DNA of 64,000 bases from an uncultured bacterium. GTDB lineage: Bacteria; Krumholzibacteriota; Krumholzibacteriia; LZORAL124-64-63. Made by a program: the position numbers and the translations under genes. The DNA lies in contig CAVSZB010000007.1 of the NCBI GenBank assembly GCA_963732385.1, forward strand, positions 1,152,001 to 1,216,000, in the 5' to 3' direction. The notes beneath the pieces are model-generated. The model saw only the letters and a list, made by a program, of their open reading frames with translations, was not told the origin of the DNA and did not search any database. Below, in pieces: positions 9,647-19,674 of this stretch (position 1 is its first letter; each line of letters begins with the position of its first letter).

Positions 9647-10048
9647 TGAGCAAGCACATGCTGGTCCTGGACCTCGTCTGCCCCCAGTGCGCGAGCCACC
9701 TGACCGAGGGCACACGGGTCACGCTCAACGCATTCGTGAAGGACAGCCACCGCGAGGGCGAGATGCACCTGAGCGCCATCTTCGGCGACTACTCGCTCGA
9801 GTCCGACCTAGAGCTCACCGAGGGCGATGTCGTCGAGTTCCGCTGCCCGCAAGTGCGATGCGAGCATCATGCTGCCGCTGGCCTGCAAGCTGTGCGGCGC
9901 GCAGATGGCCTCGCTCAACCTCAGCGTGGGCGGCTACGTGGAGTTCTGCTCCCGGCGCGGCTGCAAGGGACACGCGCTGGGCGGCGTCGGCGACATCGAC
10001 CAGATGATGACCATGATGAACAAGATGTTCGACACGCCCTACGACTAG
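9646..10048 (+). CDS. Small Cys-rich protein (about 133 aa), split by one extra base near 9850
   Basis: Joined frames give CPQC...FRCPKC...CKLC...CSRRGCKGH; GGAGGA RBS; start overlaps the upstream stop. Confidence 0.7.
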
Positions 10049-10121
10049 ACGTCGCCGGCGGATCGACATTGTCCGGCGGGAACAATCCCGTTCCACGTAA
10101 GACCGCAACCAGGAGCCCGCG

Positions 10122-10604
10122 ATGACCGATCACCGCAAACTCGATCTCCGCACCCTGCACTTCGCCGGGCAGGAGGGGAAGTTGATCCCCGCCCTGCAGA
10201 AAACGCAGGAGCGGGAGGGCTATATCTCGCCGGCGGGCCTGCGCGCCATCAGCGAGGAGCACGGCGTGCCTCTCTCGCAGATCTACGGCGTGGCCACGTT
10301 CTACTCGCAGTTCCGCCTGCATCCGGTCGGGAAGCACATCGTGCGCGTCTGCCACGGCACGGCCTGCCACGTGCAGGGCGCGAAGGGCATCACCGAGGCA
10401 GTGGAGAGCACTCTCGGCGTCCAGACCGGCGAGACCACGGCGGACCGGCAGTTCACGCTGGAGATGGTGTCCTGCCTCGGCTGCTGCAGCCTGGCGCCGG
10501 TCATCATGATCGACAACGACACCTACGGAAACCTGAAGCCGGCGGACGTCAAGAAGGTCGTCAAGCCGTACCGGGACGCGAGCGCGGAGGCCGTGAAGAA
10601 ATGA
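10122..10604 (+). CDS. NuoE/HydC-like [2Fe-2S] subunit (StnA-like)
   Basis: [26 protein letters not shown]. Confidence 0.92.
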   Translation: MTDHRKLDLRTLHFAGQEGKLIPALQKTQEREGYISPAGLRAISEEHGVPLSQIYGVATFYSQFRLHPVGKHIVRVCHGTACHVQGAKGITEAVESTLGVQTGETTADRQFTLEMVSCLGCCSLAPVIMIDNDTYGNLKPADVKKVVKPYRDASAEAVKK

Positions 10605-12372
10605 AGATCGTGGTCGGACTCGGCACCTGTGGCATCGCGGCCGGCGCGGAGCACACCTATTCCGCGCTGGCGGCGGCGACCGGCAACGGCGGGCCTCGTT
10701 TCGAACTGGAGAAGACCGGCTGTCTCGGCATGTGCTACCAGGAACCGCTGGTGGAGGTGCGCGACGACGCGGGCCACACCTGGCACTACGGCGGCATGAC
10801 GAAGGACCGGGTGGCGCGGCTGCTCGAGGAGCACGTGGCCGGCGGCGCGCCGGTGGCGGAATGGCTGGTCCGCACCGACGACGGGCGGCGGCTCCGAAAC
10901 GGCGTTCCTCGCCAAGCAGAACCGCATCGTGCTGCGCAACTGCGGCGTCATCAACCCGGAGTCGATCGACGACTACCTGGCGGTCGGAGGGGTACCAGGC
11001 GCTCGCGAAGGTGCTCGCCGAGCAGGACCCCGACGCGCTGATCAACTCCATCATCGAGTCGGGCCTGCGCGGCCGCGGCGGCGCCGGCTTCCTCACCGGC
11101 ATGAAGTGGCGCTTCACGCGCCTCGCCCCCGGCGACCACAAGTACGTGATCTGCAACGCCGACGAGGGCGATCCGGGGGCCTTCATGGACCGCTCGGTGC
11201 TCGAGAGCGACCCCCACTCCGTGCTCGAGGGGATGACCATCGCCGGCTTCGCCATCGGCGCCGACCGACGGCTACATCTACGTCCGCGCCGAGTACCCCA
11301 AGGCGATCGAGCGGCTGAACATCGCCATCGCCCAGGCCGAGGAGCGCGGCTGCCTCGGCGACAACATCCTCGGCTCCGGCTTCTCGCTTCCACGTCCGGC
11401 TCAAGGAGGGCGCCGGCGCCTTCGTCTGCGGCGAGGAGACCGCGCTCATCGGCTCGATCGAGGGCAAGCGCGGCATGCCGCGGGTGCGCCCGCCGTTCCC
11501 CGCGGTGAAGGGGCTGTGGGGCTGCCCCACGAACATCAACAACGTCGAGACCTTCGCGAACGTCCCCTGGATCGTCGCTGCAGCGGGCCGCAGGCGTTCA
11601 ACAGCCTCGGCACCGCCAACAGCAAGGGCACGAAGGTGTTCGCGCTGGCCGGCAAGGTGAAGCGCGGCGGTCTGGTCGAGGTGCCGATGGGCATCACGAT
11701 CCGCGAGATCGTGTTCGAGATCTGCGGCGGCATCAAGGAGGACCGGAAGTTCAAGGCCGTGCAGATGGGCGGCCCCTCCGGCGGCTGCATCCCGGCCGAA
11801 CTGGCCGACACGATCATCGACTACGAGTCGATCAACAAGACCGGCGCCATCATGGGCTCGGGCGGCCTCGTCGTCATGGACGAGACGACCTGCATGGTCG
11901 ACGTGGCGCGCTTCTTCCTCGACTTCACGCAGCGCGAGTCGTGCGGCAAGTGCACCTTCTGCCGGGTCGGCACGAAGCGGATGCTCGAGGTCCTCACCCG
12001 CATCACCGAGGGCGACGGGCGCGACGGCGACATCGAGCTGCTCGAGCAGCTCGCCGTCCTGGTCAAGAACAACTCGCTGTGCGGACTCGGTCAGACCGCG
12101 CCCAATCCGGTGCTGACCACGCTCAAGTACTTCCGCTCGGAGTACGAGGCGCACATCACGAACAGGAAGTGCCCGGCGCACAACTGCCGGAAGCTGCTGA
12201 CCTACAAGATCACCGACGCGTGCAACGGCTGCACCGCCTGCGGCCGGGTCTGTCCCACAGAAGGCGATCACCGGCGAGCAAGAAGGAGCTGCACGTCATC
12301 GAACAGTCGCAGTGCATCCAGTGCGACGAGTGCTACAAGACCTGCAAATTCCACGCGATCACGCGCAACTGA
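10601..12372 (+). CDS. NuoF/HydB-like FMN/NAD(H) subunit, long bifurcating-type architecture (StnB-like); apparent frameshifts (net 8 extra bases)
   Basis: N-terminal thioredoxin-like Fe-S domain (GTCG, GCLGMC), [42 protein letters not shown]-terminal 2x[4Fe-4S]; pieces lie in successive frames. Confidence 0.88.
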
Positions 12373-12398
12373 CGACGGCCGAGCCCGAGAGGTAGGAC

Positions 12399-15300
12399 AT
12401 GGACCTGGTCAAGCTCGAGATAGACGGCAAGCGGATCATCGCCGACAACCGGCAGACCATTCTCGAGGTGGCCCGCGCCAACGGGATCACCAACATCCCC
12501 ACGCTGTGCCACGACGGACAGCTCGAACCGTTCGCCTCGTGCTTCCTGTGCGTGGTGAAGGTGAAGGGGGCGCGCACCCTGCTGCCCGCCTGCTCCACCA
12601 AGGTGGCGGGCGGCATGGTGGTCGAGACCGACAACGCAGAGGTGCGCCGCTCGCGCAAGGCGGCCCTCGAGCTGATGCTGTCGAACCACTACGCCGACTG
12701 CATCGGGCCGTGCCAGCTCGCCTGCCCGGCGGGGATCGACATCCAGGGCTACATCGCCCTGGCGGCGCTCGGCCAGTACGCCGACGCGATCCAGCTCATC
12801 AAGGAAAACAACCCGCTGCCCGCGGTGTGCGGCCGCGTCTGCACCCGCCCCTGCGAGGTGACGGGGTGCCGCCGCAACCTGATGGACGAGGCGGTCGGCA
12901 TCGACTACATCAAGCGCTACATCGCCGACCTCGACCTCGGGTCGGCGGCGCCGTGGCGTCCGCAGGTGGCGCCGGCGAACGGGCGCCGGGTGGCGGTCGT
13001 GGGCGGCGGCCCGGCCGGCCTCTCCTGCGCCTACTACCTGGCCGTGCGCGGCTACGGCGTGGAGATCTTCGAGAGCCAGCCCGAGGCGGGCGGCATGCTG
13101 CGCTACGGCATTCCCGAGTACCGCCTGCCCAAGGAGACGCTCGACCTCGAGATCAACCAGATCCTCGAACTCGGCGTGAGCTCTGCGCACCAACATCTCC
13201 CTCGGCCGCGATTTCACGCTGGCCTCGCTCCGGAGCGGACGGCTACGACGCCGTCTTCCTGGGCATCGGCGCCTGGGACACCTCGAAGATGCGCGTCCAG
13301 GACGAGGATGCGCCGGGCGTCCTGCCCGGCATCGAGTTCCTGCGCGAGTACGGCCTGCAACCGCGCCCAGCCGCTGCCGGGCCGGGTGCTGGTCGTCGGC
13401 GGCGGCAACACCGCCATCGACTGCGCGCGCACCTCGCTGCGCCTGGGCGCCGGCGAGGTCCGTCTGCTCTACCGTCGCACCCGCGCGGAGATGCCGGCCA
13501 ACGAGGTCGAGATCGAGGAGGCCGAGCACGAGGGGGTCCACATGGACTTCCTGGTCGCGCCGACCCGCGTCGTCCTCAAGGACGGGCGCGCCTGCGGCCT
13601 CGAGTGCCTGCGCATGGAGCTGGGCGAGCCCGACGCCTCCGGCCGCCGCAGCCCCAAGCCGGTCAAAGGCTCCGAATTCGTTATCGACGGCGACTGGATC
13701 ATCTCGGCCATCGGCCAGAGCACGCACGTGGCCGGCCTGGTCGGCGGCAAAATCCCCGAACTTCCTGCCCTTCGGCGAGAGCCTCGAACCTGACGCGCTG
13801 GCAGACCATCCAGGTCAACGAGAAGACGTTCGAAACGAGCGTCGACGGCGTCTTCTCCGGCGGCGACGTCGTCACCGGCGCCGCCACGGCGATCGAGGCG
13901 ATCGCGGCCGGCCGCAAGGCGGCCTACGCCATCGACCAGTACGTCCGCACCGGCAAGGCGCGCCCCGAGCCGATGCAGTTCAACAGCCGCAAGGACGCCT
14001 TCCGCAAGGTCACCGTGGAGGATCTGCGCGACGGCGCCCGCTACGCGCGCCGGCCGATGCCGGCCCTGGCCATCGACGAGCGCCTCAAGAGTTTCGCCGA
14101 GGTCGAGACCGGCTATACCGCCGGCGACATGCGGCAGGAGAGCCACCGCTGCCTCGAGTGCGGCTGCGTGGCGCTGTTCGACTGCGACCTGCGCCGCTAC
14201 GCCACCGAGTACGAAGTCGAAATCGACCACTTCCTCGGCGAGGCGAAGCAGTACCGCGTCGACCGGAGCCACCCGCTGATCGAACTCGACCCGAACAAGT
14301 GCATCCTGTGCGGACGCTGCGTGCGGATGTGCGGCGAGGTCGTCGGCGTGGCCGCCTACGGCTTCATCAACCGCGGGTTCAAGACGGTGGTCAAGCCGGC
14401 CCTCGGCGGCGCCCTGCTCGACACCGACTGCGTCTCGTGCGGCCTCTGCATCGGCACCTGCCCCACCGGCGCCATCGCCGAGATCCTCCCTCTGGCCAAG
14501 CCGGGGCCGTGGCTCACCGTGAAGACCCCCACGGTCTGCACGCTACTGCGGCGTCGGCTGCCGCTTCAACTTCGACAGCTACGGCGACTCGCTCGTCAAG
14601 GTGACCCGCTTCGACGACGACGCGGGCGCCACTTCGGGCAACCACTGCCGCAAGGGGCGCTTCGGCTACGGCTACGCGCAGTCGCCCGATCGTCTGCGCA
14701 CGGCTTTCATTCGCGCCGGACGCGAGCTGCAGGAGGCGAAGATCGAAGAAGCCGTCTCCTACGCCGCCATGCGCCTGAAGGAGTTGCGCCGCAGGCATCC
14801 GGGCGACGCGGTAGCGCCGTCTTCGTCTCCCCGCGCCTGACCAACGAGGAGATCTACCTGGCGCAGAAGTTCGCCCGCATCGCGCTCGGCACGCACCAGG
14901 TCACGACCTTCGCCCATCTGGTCAACCGCGACCTCAACTGCCCCGACGTGCATTCCAACGGCTCCTACCACGACCTCGAGGACGCCCAGGCGATCCTCGT
15001 GGTCGGCTCCGAACTGGCCGACGAGCACTTCGTGGCGGACCTGGCCGTGAAGAAGGCGCTCCGCAAGGGCGGGAAGCTGATCACCATCGGCCCGCGGGCG
15101 GACCAGACCTCGCGTTTCGCGGACATCTTCCTGCAGTGCGGCGCAGGCCAGGAGGCCGAGACGCTGCTGGGCATCCTCGCCGCCTGCGCCGAAGACACGC
15201 CCGATGTCCTGGCCGACGACGCCGTGCTGGCCGGGCTCGTGAAGAAGGCCGGCGTCGATGCGCGCGCGAAGGCAGCCGGCGTGGCCCCGGCCGACCTGCG

Positions 15301-16201
15301 CGCCGCGGCGGGGCTGCTCTGCGGCAGCATCCTGAAAGTTCTCGTGTTCAACCGGGACCGGCGCGCGCCCCGCGTCCCCGGCGACGCCCGCCTCTACGCG
15401 CAGGTTGCTTCGGCGCTCGGTTGCGGGCTGCTGGGCCTGCACGAAAAGGCCAACATGCAGGGCTTGTGCGATCTCGGCGCCAGCCCCCACTGGCTGCCCG
15501 GCTACGCCTCCACCGGCGATGCCAAGGCGATCGCCAACCTCGAGAAGGAGTGGTGCGTGGCGCTGCGCGTCACCGCCGGCGCCGGCGCCGACGTGGCCGA
15601 GGCGCTGCGGCTGAAGAAGATCAAGGTGGCCGTCGTGATCGGCGAGGACCCCCTGGGCGCCGCGTCGCTGCCGCCCGACCTGGCCGCCGGCCTGGCGGCC
15701 GCTGAGTTCCTGGTCGTGGCCGATCTCTTCCCCACCGCCACCACGCGGACCGCCGCCGTGGTGCTGCCGCTCTCGAGCGCGGCCGAAACGAGCGGCACCA
15801 TGACCAACTCGGAGCGCCGCGTGCAGTCGCTGCGCCGCGCCATGCCGCCGCTGGCCGGCGTCGAGACCTGGGACCTCATCTGCCGCCTCGCCGCCCAGAT
15901 GGGCTTCCGCTTCAAGATGAAGTACGACGGCCCCGCCGACGTCGCCGCCGAAATCGCCCGCCTCTTCCCTGCCTGGGGCACCGTGACCATCGACAGCGCC
16001 GACGCCGACGGTACCTGGAGCGCCGCCGGCGCCGGCCTGCCGCCGGTCCCGTTCGACCCCGCCCGCCTGACCGAACGCGTGCGCCCTGTGGTCACGAGCG
16101 ATCTCGACCACGTCGAAGGCCGTTTCGCCGTCTGGTTCGACACGACGATCGGCGAGGCCCGCAGGAAGCTGGCCGAGGCGGCGGCTGCCGCCGTTACCTA
16201 G
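12399..16201 (+). CDS. Large fusion oxidoreductase: NuoG-like Fe-S + GltD/NfnB-like FAD/NADP domain + cofactor-less formate-dehydrogenase-like domain (StnC-like, about 1265 codons after removing net 8 extra bases)
   Basis: IPTLCH...CFLCVV...C, CQLACP...CGRVCTRPCE, GGGPAG, GGGNTAIDCART, RCLECGC, CILCGRCVRMC, CTYCGVGC...CRKG; FDH Cys/Sec-His loop replaced by HQVTTFAHL. Confidence 0.85.
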
Positions 16202-16234
16202 CGGCGCGCGGAAGTCATCATCAGTCGATGCGAA

Positions 16235-16261
16235 CCGGCCCGGGCGTCCTGCCCGGGCCGG
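16235..16261 (+). terminator. GC hairpin after the Stn-like operon (no U-tract)
   Basis: CCGGCCCGGGC-gtcct-GCCCGGGCCGG perfect 11-bp stem. Confidence 0.4.
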
Positions 16262-16385
16262 CCGCTTCAGGGGACACCGCCGCCGCCCCGGTTGCCTTTC
16301 GCCGTCGCGCGTCCCGCCCCCGTTGACATCTCCCCCCGGAACAGGCAATCTCCCCCCTCCCCACCCCCGCCAAGGAGGGAGCGTC

Positions 16386-17573
16386 ATGCCAGATATCTCC
16401 CGCATCCAGGAGCAGATCCGCGCCGAAGGCGTGGACGGCTGGCTGCTGTGCGATTTCCACAACCGCGACGCCATCGCCTACAAGGTCCTCGGCCTGGACC
16501 CGGCGAAGTTCACCAGCCGCCGCTGGTTCTACTGGATTCCGGCGACCGGCGAGCCGGTGCGCCTCTGCTCCAAGGTCGAGCCTCACCGGCTGGACGACCT
16601 GCCCGGTCCGCAGCGCTGGTACCTGTCGTGGCGCGAGCTGCACGACGGCCTGAAATCACTGCTCGGCAACGCGAAGACGGTGGCCATGCAGTGGTCGCCC
16701 GACTGCAACATCCCCTACGTCTCGATCACCGACGGCGGCACCGTCGACCTGGTCCGTCGGCTCGGCTACGAGGTGGTCTCCTCGGCCGGTCTGGTGCAGA
16801 CGTTCCAGGCCGTGCTCGACGACGCCGCGTACCGGTCGCACCTCGAGGCGTGCACGCGGGTGCAGAAGATCAAGGACGAGGCGTTCGCCCTGATCGGCAG
16901 CGAACTGCGCGCCGGCCGCACGATCACGCAGTACGACGGGCAGCAGTTCATCCTGCGCCGCTTCGCCGAGGAGGGACTCACCTGCATGGGCGAGAACCCG
17001 ATGGTCGGCACCAACGAGCACCCCGCCGACCCGCACTTCGAGCCGTCGCCGGAGAACGCCCGCCCGATCCGCAAGGGCGACACCGTGCTGATCGACCTGT
17101 GGGCGAAGCTGGACCAGCCCGGCGCCATCTTCTACGACATCACCTGGTGCGGCTTCGTCGGGAAGAACCCGCCGGCGAAGTACGTCGAGCTGTTCAACAC
17201 CGTGCGCGACGCCCGCGACGCGGCCGTGACCTTCATCCGCGCCCGCTACGCCGCCAAGCAGCCGGTGTACGGCTGGGAGGTGGACGATGCCTGCCGCAAC
17301 GTGGTGAAGAAGGCCGGCTACGGCGACTTCTTCATCCACCGCACCGGGCACTCCATCGGCGAACAGGTGCACGGCAACGGCGTCAACATCGACAATCTCG
17401 AAACGCGCGACGAGCGCGAGATCGTGCCCGGCATCTGCTTCTCGATCGAGCCGGGGATCTACCTCAAGGGCGAGATGGCGGCGCGCTCGGAGATCAACGT
17501 CTTCGTCACGCCCGCCGGCAAGGTGGATGTCGCGGGCGACCAGCAGCGCGACCTGGTCCTGATCGACGCCTGA
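16386..17573 (+). CDS. M24-family metallopeptidase (Xaa-Pro aminopeptidase-like)
   Basis: DPH, GDTVLIDLW, DITW, HRTGHSIG..VH, FSIEPGIY, RSE; GGAGGGAG RBS. Confidence 0.9.
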   Translation: MPDISRIQEQIRAEGVDGWLLCDFHNRDAIAYKVLGLDPAKFTSRRWFYWIPATGEPVRLCSKVEPHRLDDLPGPQRWYLSWRELHDGLKSLLGNAKTVAMQWSPDCNIPYVSITDGGTVDLVRRLGYEVVSSAGLVQTFQAVLDDAAYRSHLEACTRVQKIKDEAFALIGSELRAGRTITQYDGQQFILRRFAEEGLTCMGENPMVGTNEHPADPHFEPSPENARPIRKGDTVLIDLWAKLDQPGAIFYDITWCGFVGKNPPAKYVELFNTVRDARDAAVTFIRARYAAKQPVYGWEVDDACRNVVKKAGYGDFFIHRTGHSIGEQVHGNGVNIDNLETRDEREIVPGICFSIEPGIYLKGEMAARSEINVFVTPAGKVDVAGDQQRDLVLIDA

Positions 17574-17590
17574 GCGGAAGGAGGCCCGTC

Positions 17591-19306
17591 GTGGGCTGGT
17601 ACCTCTGGGTGATCCTGGTTTACCTGCTCGTCCTGACCGGTTTCAACTTTCTGCGCGCGCGGAAAGTGCAGTCGCAGGACGACTTCATGGTGGCGGGGCG
17701 CAAGCTCTCCGTCACGACCATGGTCTTCACGCTGGTCTGCACCTGGATCGGCTCCGGCACGTTCATCGCCGGGGCGGAATACGCGGTGCGGGCCGGCTGG
17801 TCGTCGCTCTGGCTGCCGGCCGGGGCGTGGGTCGGCATCGCGGTGATCTACTTCCTCGCCGCGAAGATCCGCGGCTTCGGCCAGTACACCGTGGGCGACA
17901 TCCTCGAGGTGCGCTACGGCAAGTTCGCGCGGCTGTTCGGCGCGATCGCGCTCGTGATCGCCTTCACGACGATCGTCTCCTACCAGTTCCGCGCCGGCGG
18001 CTACATCCTGAACGTCGCCACCGACGGCGCGATCTCGGTCGAGATGGGCCAGGTCATCGCCGCCGCCTTCGTCATCCTGTTCACGTCGATGGGCGGCATG
18101 GTCGCCGTGGCCCACACCGACCTGCCCAACGGCATCATCATCGTGCTCGCCTGCTGCGCTGCGCTGCCGTTCGTGGTGCTGTTCGCCGGCGGCTGGAGCG
18201 GCGCCGCGGCCGCGCTGCCGCCACAGCATTTCGCCGTCTTCGCCTCCGACTTCGGCCGCTACCCCGCGCTCAAGGCGGGCGGCTACTTCCTGGCCACGCT
18301 GCTGCTGCTGATGGGCATCCAGTCGATGTACCAGAAGTTCTACTCGGCCAAGACCCCGGCCGAGGCTAAGAAGGCGGTCGGCCTCTGGATCTTCGGCACG
18401 ATCCTGGTCGAGACGGTGGTCGTGGTGATCGCGATCTACGCCGCCTCCGCGCATTGGGCCGACCTGCGCGCCTTCGACATCGCCGGCACGGTGAAGGAGC
18501 AGGTCGCCACCGGCCAGCTGCAGCCGGCCGAGGCCGGTACCCGCGCCCTCTCGCTCGCCACGCAGGCGGTGGCGGAGGGCACGGTCAAGCCGGAGCAGGC
18601 GGCCCGCCTGCAGGTGACCCTGCAGAGCGCCTTCGCCGGCCGCAACGACGCGGCCGCGGTGGCCGACGCCCACGCCGGCATCGACCCTGCGTCCATCGTA
18701 TTGCAGGCCGCCCGCGACATGGCCGGCCGCGGCGGCATCGCCATGCTGGTGGGCCTGTTGCTGCTGGGGGCCGCCTGCGCGGTCGTCATCTCGACCGGCA
18801 TGAACTACCTGCTCTCCCCCACGACGAACATCATGCGCGACATCTACCAGCGCTTCATCAACCCGCGGGCCGACCCGACGAAGATGGTGGCGCTGCAGAA
18901 GGTGTTCGTGGTGATCCTCGGCCTGTGCGCCTTCCTGATGATCTTCATCCCGACCGTCCTGCACTCCCGCATCTCGGTGCTGCGCTACTCGTACTTCGCC
19001 TACACGATGTACGGCGTGGCGATCACCCCGGCGCTGCTGGCCGCGCTCGCCTGGAAGCGCGCCACCCGCCAGGGCGGCCTCGCCTCGATCGTCTCGGGCG
19101 CCTTCATGGCCCTGCTGCTCGAACTGGTGGTCCCCAATGCCTTCCCGTCGGTGATGAACGGCGGCGACCCGTGGGGCATCCCGAGCATCTACCCGGCCGC
19201 GCTGGTCTCGATCGGCGCGCTGATCATCGTGAGCCTGCTGACCCCGCCGCCGACGGCGGCGGAGCTGGCGCCGCTGTTCGGCGGAGAGAAGGCCCAGGGG
19301 GCCTGA
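17591..19306 (+). CDS. Sodium:solute symporter (SSS) family protein
   Basis: DDFMVAGRKLS, TWIGSGTF, LEVRYG, GGMVAVAHTD, QKFYSAKT; many TMs; GGAGG RBS before GTG 17591. Confidence 0.9.
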   Translation: MGWYLWVILVYLLVLTGFNFLRARKVQSQDDFMVAGRKLSVTTMVFTLVCTWIGSGTFIAGAEYAVRAGWSSLWLPAGAWVGIAVIYFLAAKIRGFGQYTVGDILEVRYGKFARLFGAIALVIAFTTIVSYQFRAGGYILNVATDGAISVEMGQVIAAAFVILFTSMGGMVAVAHTDLPNGIIIVLACCAALPFVVLFAGGWSGAAAALPPQHFAVFASDFGRYPALKAGGYFLATLLLLMGIQSMYQKFYSAKTPAEAKKAVGLWIFGTILVETVVVVIAIYAASAHWADLRAFDIAGTVKEQVATGQLQPAEAGTRALSLATQAVAEGTVKPEQAARLQVTLQSAFAGRNDAAAVADAHAGIDPASIVLQAARDMAGRGGIAMLVGLLLLGAACAVVISTGMNYLLSPTTNIMRDIYQRFINPRADPTKMVALQKVFVVILGLCAFLMIFIPTVLHSRISVLRYSYFAYTMYGVAITPALLAALAWKRATRQGGLASIVSGAFMALLLELVVPNAFPSVMNGGDPWGIPSIYPAALVSIGALIIVSLLTPPPTAAELAPLFGGEKAQGA

Positions 19307-19386
19307 GCGGAGGGAAATCGTTGGCAACGCGCGGGGGGACCGGAACGCCGTTCCCCCCGTGCGGTCAGTGACCCGGGCGAGTTGGC

Positions 19387-19650
19387 TCACTGCCCGTGAT
19401 CGAACACCATCTTCTGCACCTCGACCCCCTTGACGGCATTCAGCTTCGCCGCCAGTTCGTCGGCCACCCCCTCCTCGCCGCGCAGCTCCAGCAGCACCAG
19501 GCCGTTGGGGCCGCAGCCCTCGGGGCCGGCTTCGTGCAGGCCGAGACGGGTCTTGATGTGGCAGCCGTACTCGGTGAACAGTTGCTGCACGCGCGGGGCG
19601 TTCTCGAGGCGGTCGGTCACGTGGATGCCGAGGATCAGGTGCTTGTCCAT
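19387..19650 (-). CDS. TM1266-like iron-only hydrogenase system regulator (ACT/NikR-C-like)
   Basis: DRLENAPRVQQLFTEYGCHIKTRLGLHE pattern, 87 aa, next to a hydrogenase locus. Confidence 0.75.
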   Translation of the reverse strand: MDKHLILGIHVTDRLENAPRVQQLFTEYGCHIKTRLGLHEAGPEGCGPNGLVLLELRGEEGVADELAAKLNAVKGVEVQKMVFDHGQ

Positions 19651-19674
19651 GGGTCTCCTCCGGAGGGGCTGAGG

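Noticed and set aside
10122..12372. Respiratory complex I (nuoEF) assignment
   Set aside because: No membrane or quinone-module nuo genes nearby; partners are soluble flavo/Fe-S enzymes.
10601..14820. Programmed frameshifting or true pseudogenes
   Set aside because: Too many shifts, no shared slippery motif and no accompanying decay; sequencing error is more parsimonious, pending read data.
11516..16201. 1561-aa ORF suggesting a NuoF-GltD-FDH megafusion
   Set aside because: It is a mosaic of true and off-frame segments created by the indels; a stop at 12372 and a new RBS/ATG at 12399 define two genes.
14540..16201. Formate dehydrogenase or selenoprotein call for the large subunit
   Set aside because: The Cys/Sec-His active-site loop is replaced by TTFAHL, there is no in-frame TGA there, and the C-terminal molybdopterin-binding domain appears absent.
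16292..19306. 1004-aa symporter ORF, and other long overlapping or antisense ORFs (e.g. 17459-21037, 29510-32701, 44785-47124, 55098-57266)
   Set aside because: Arg/Ala/Gly/Pro-rich shadow frames expected at this GC content; they overlap genes with clear family motifs.
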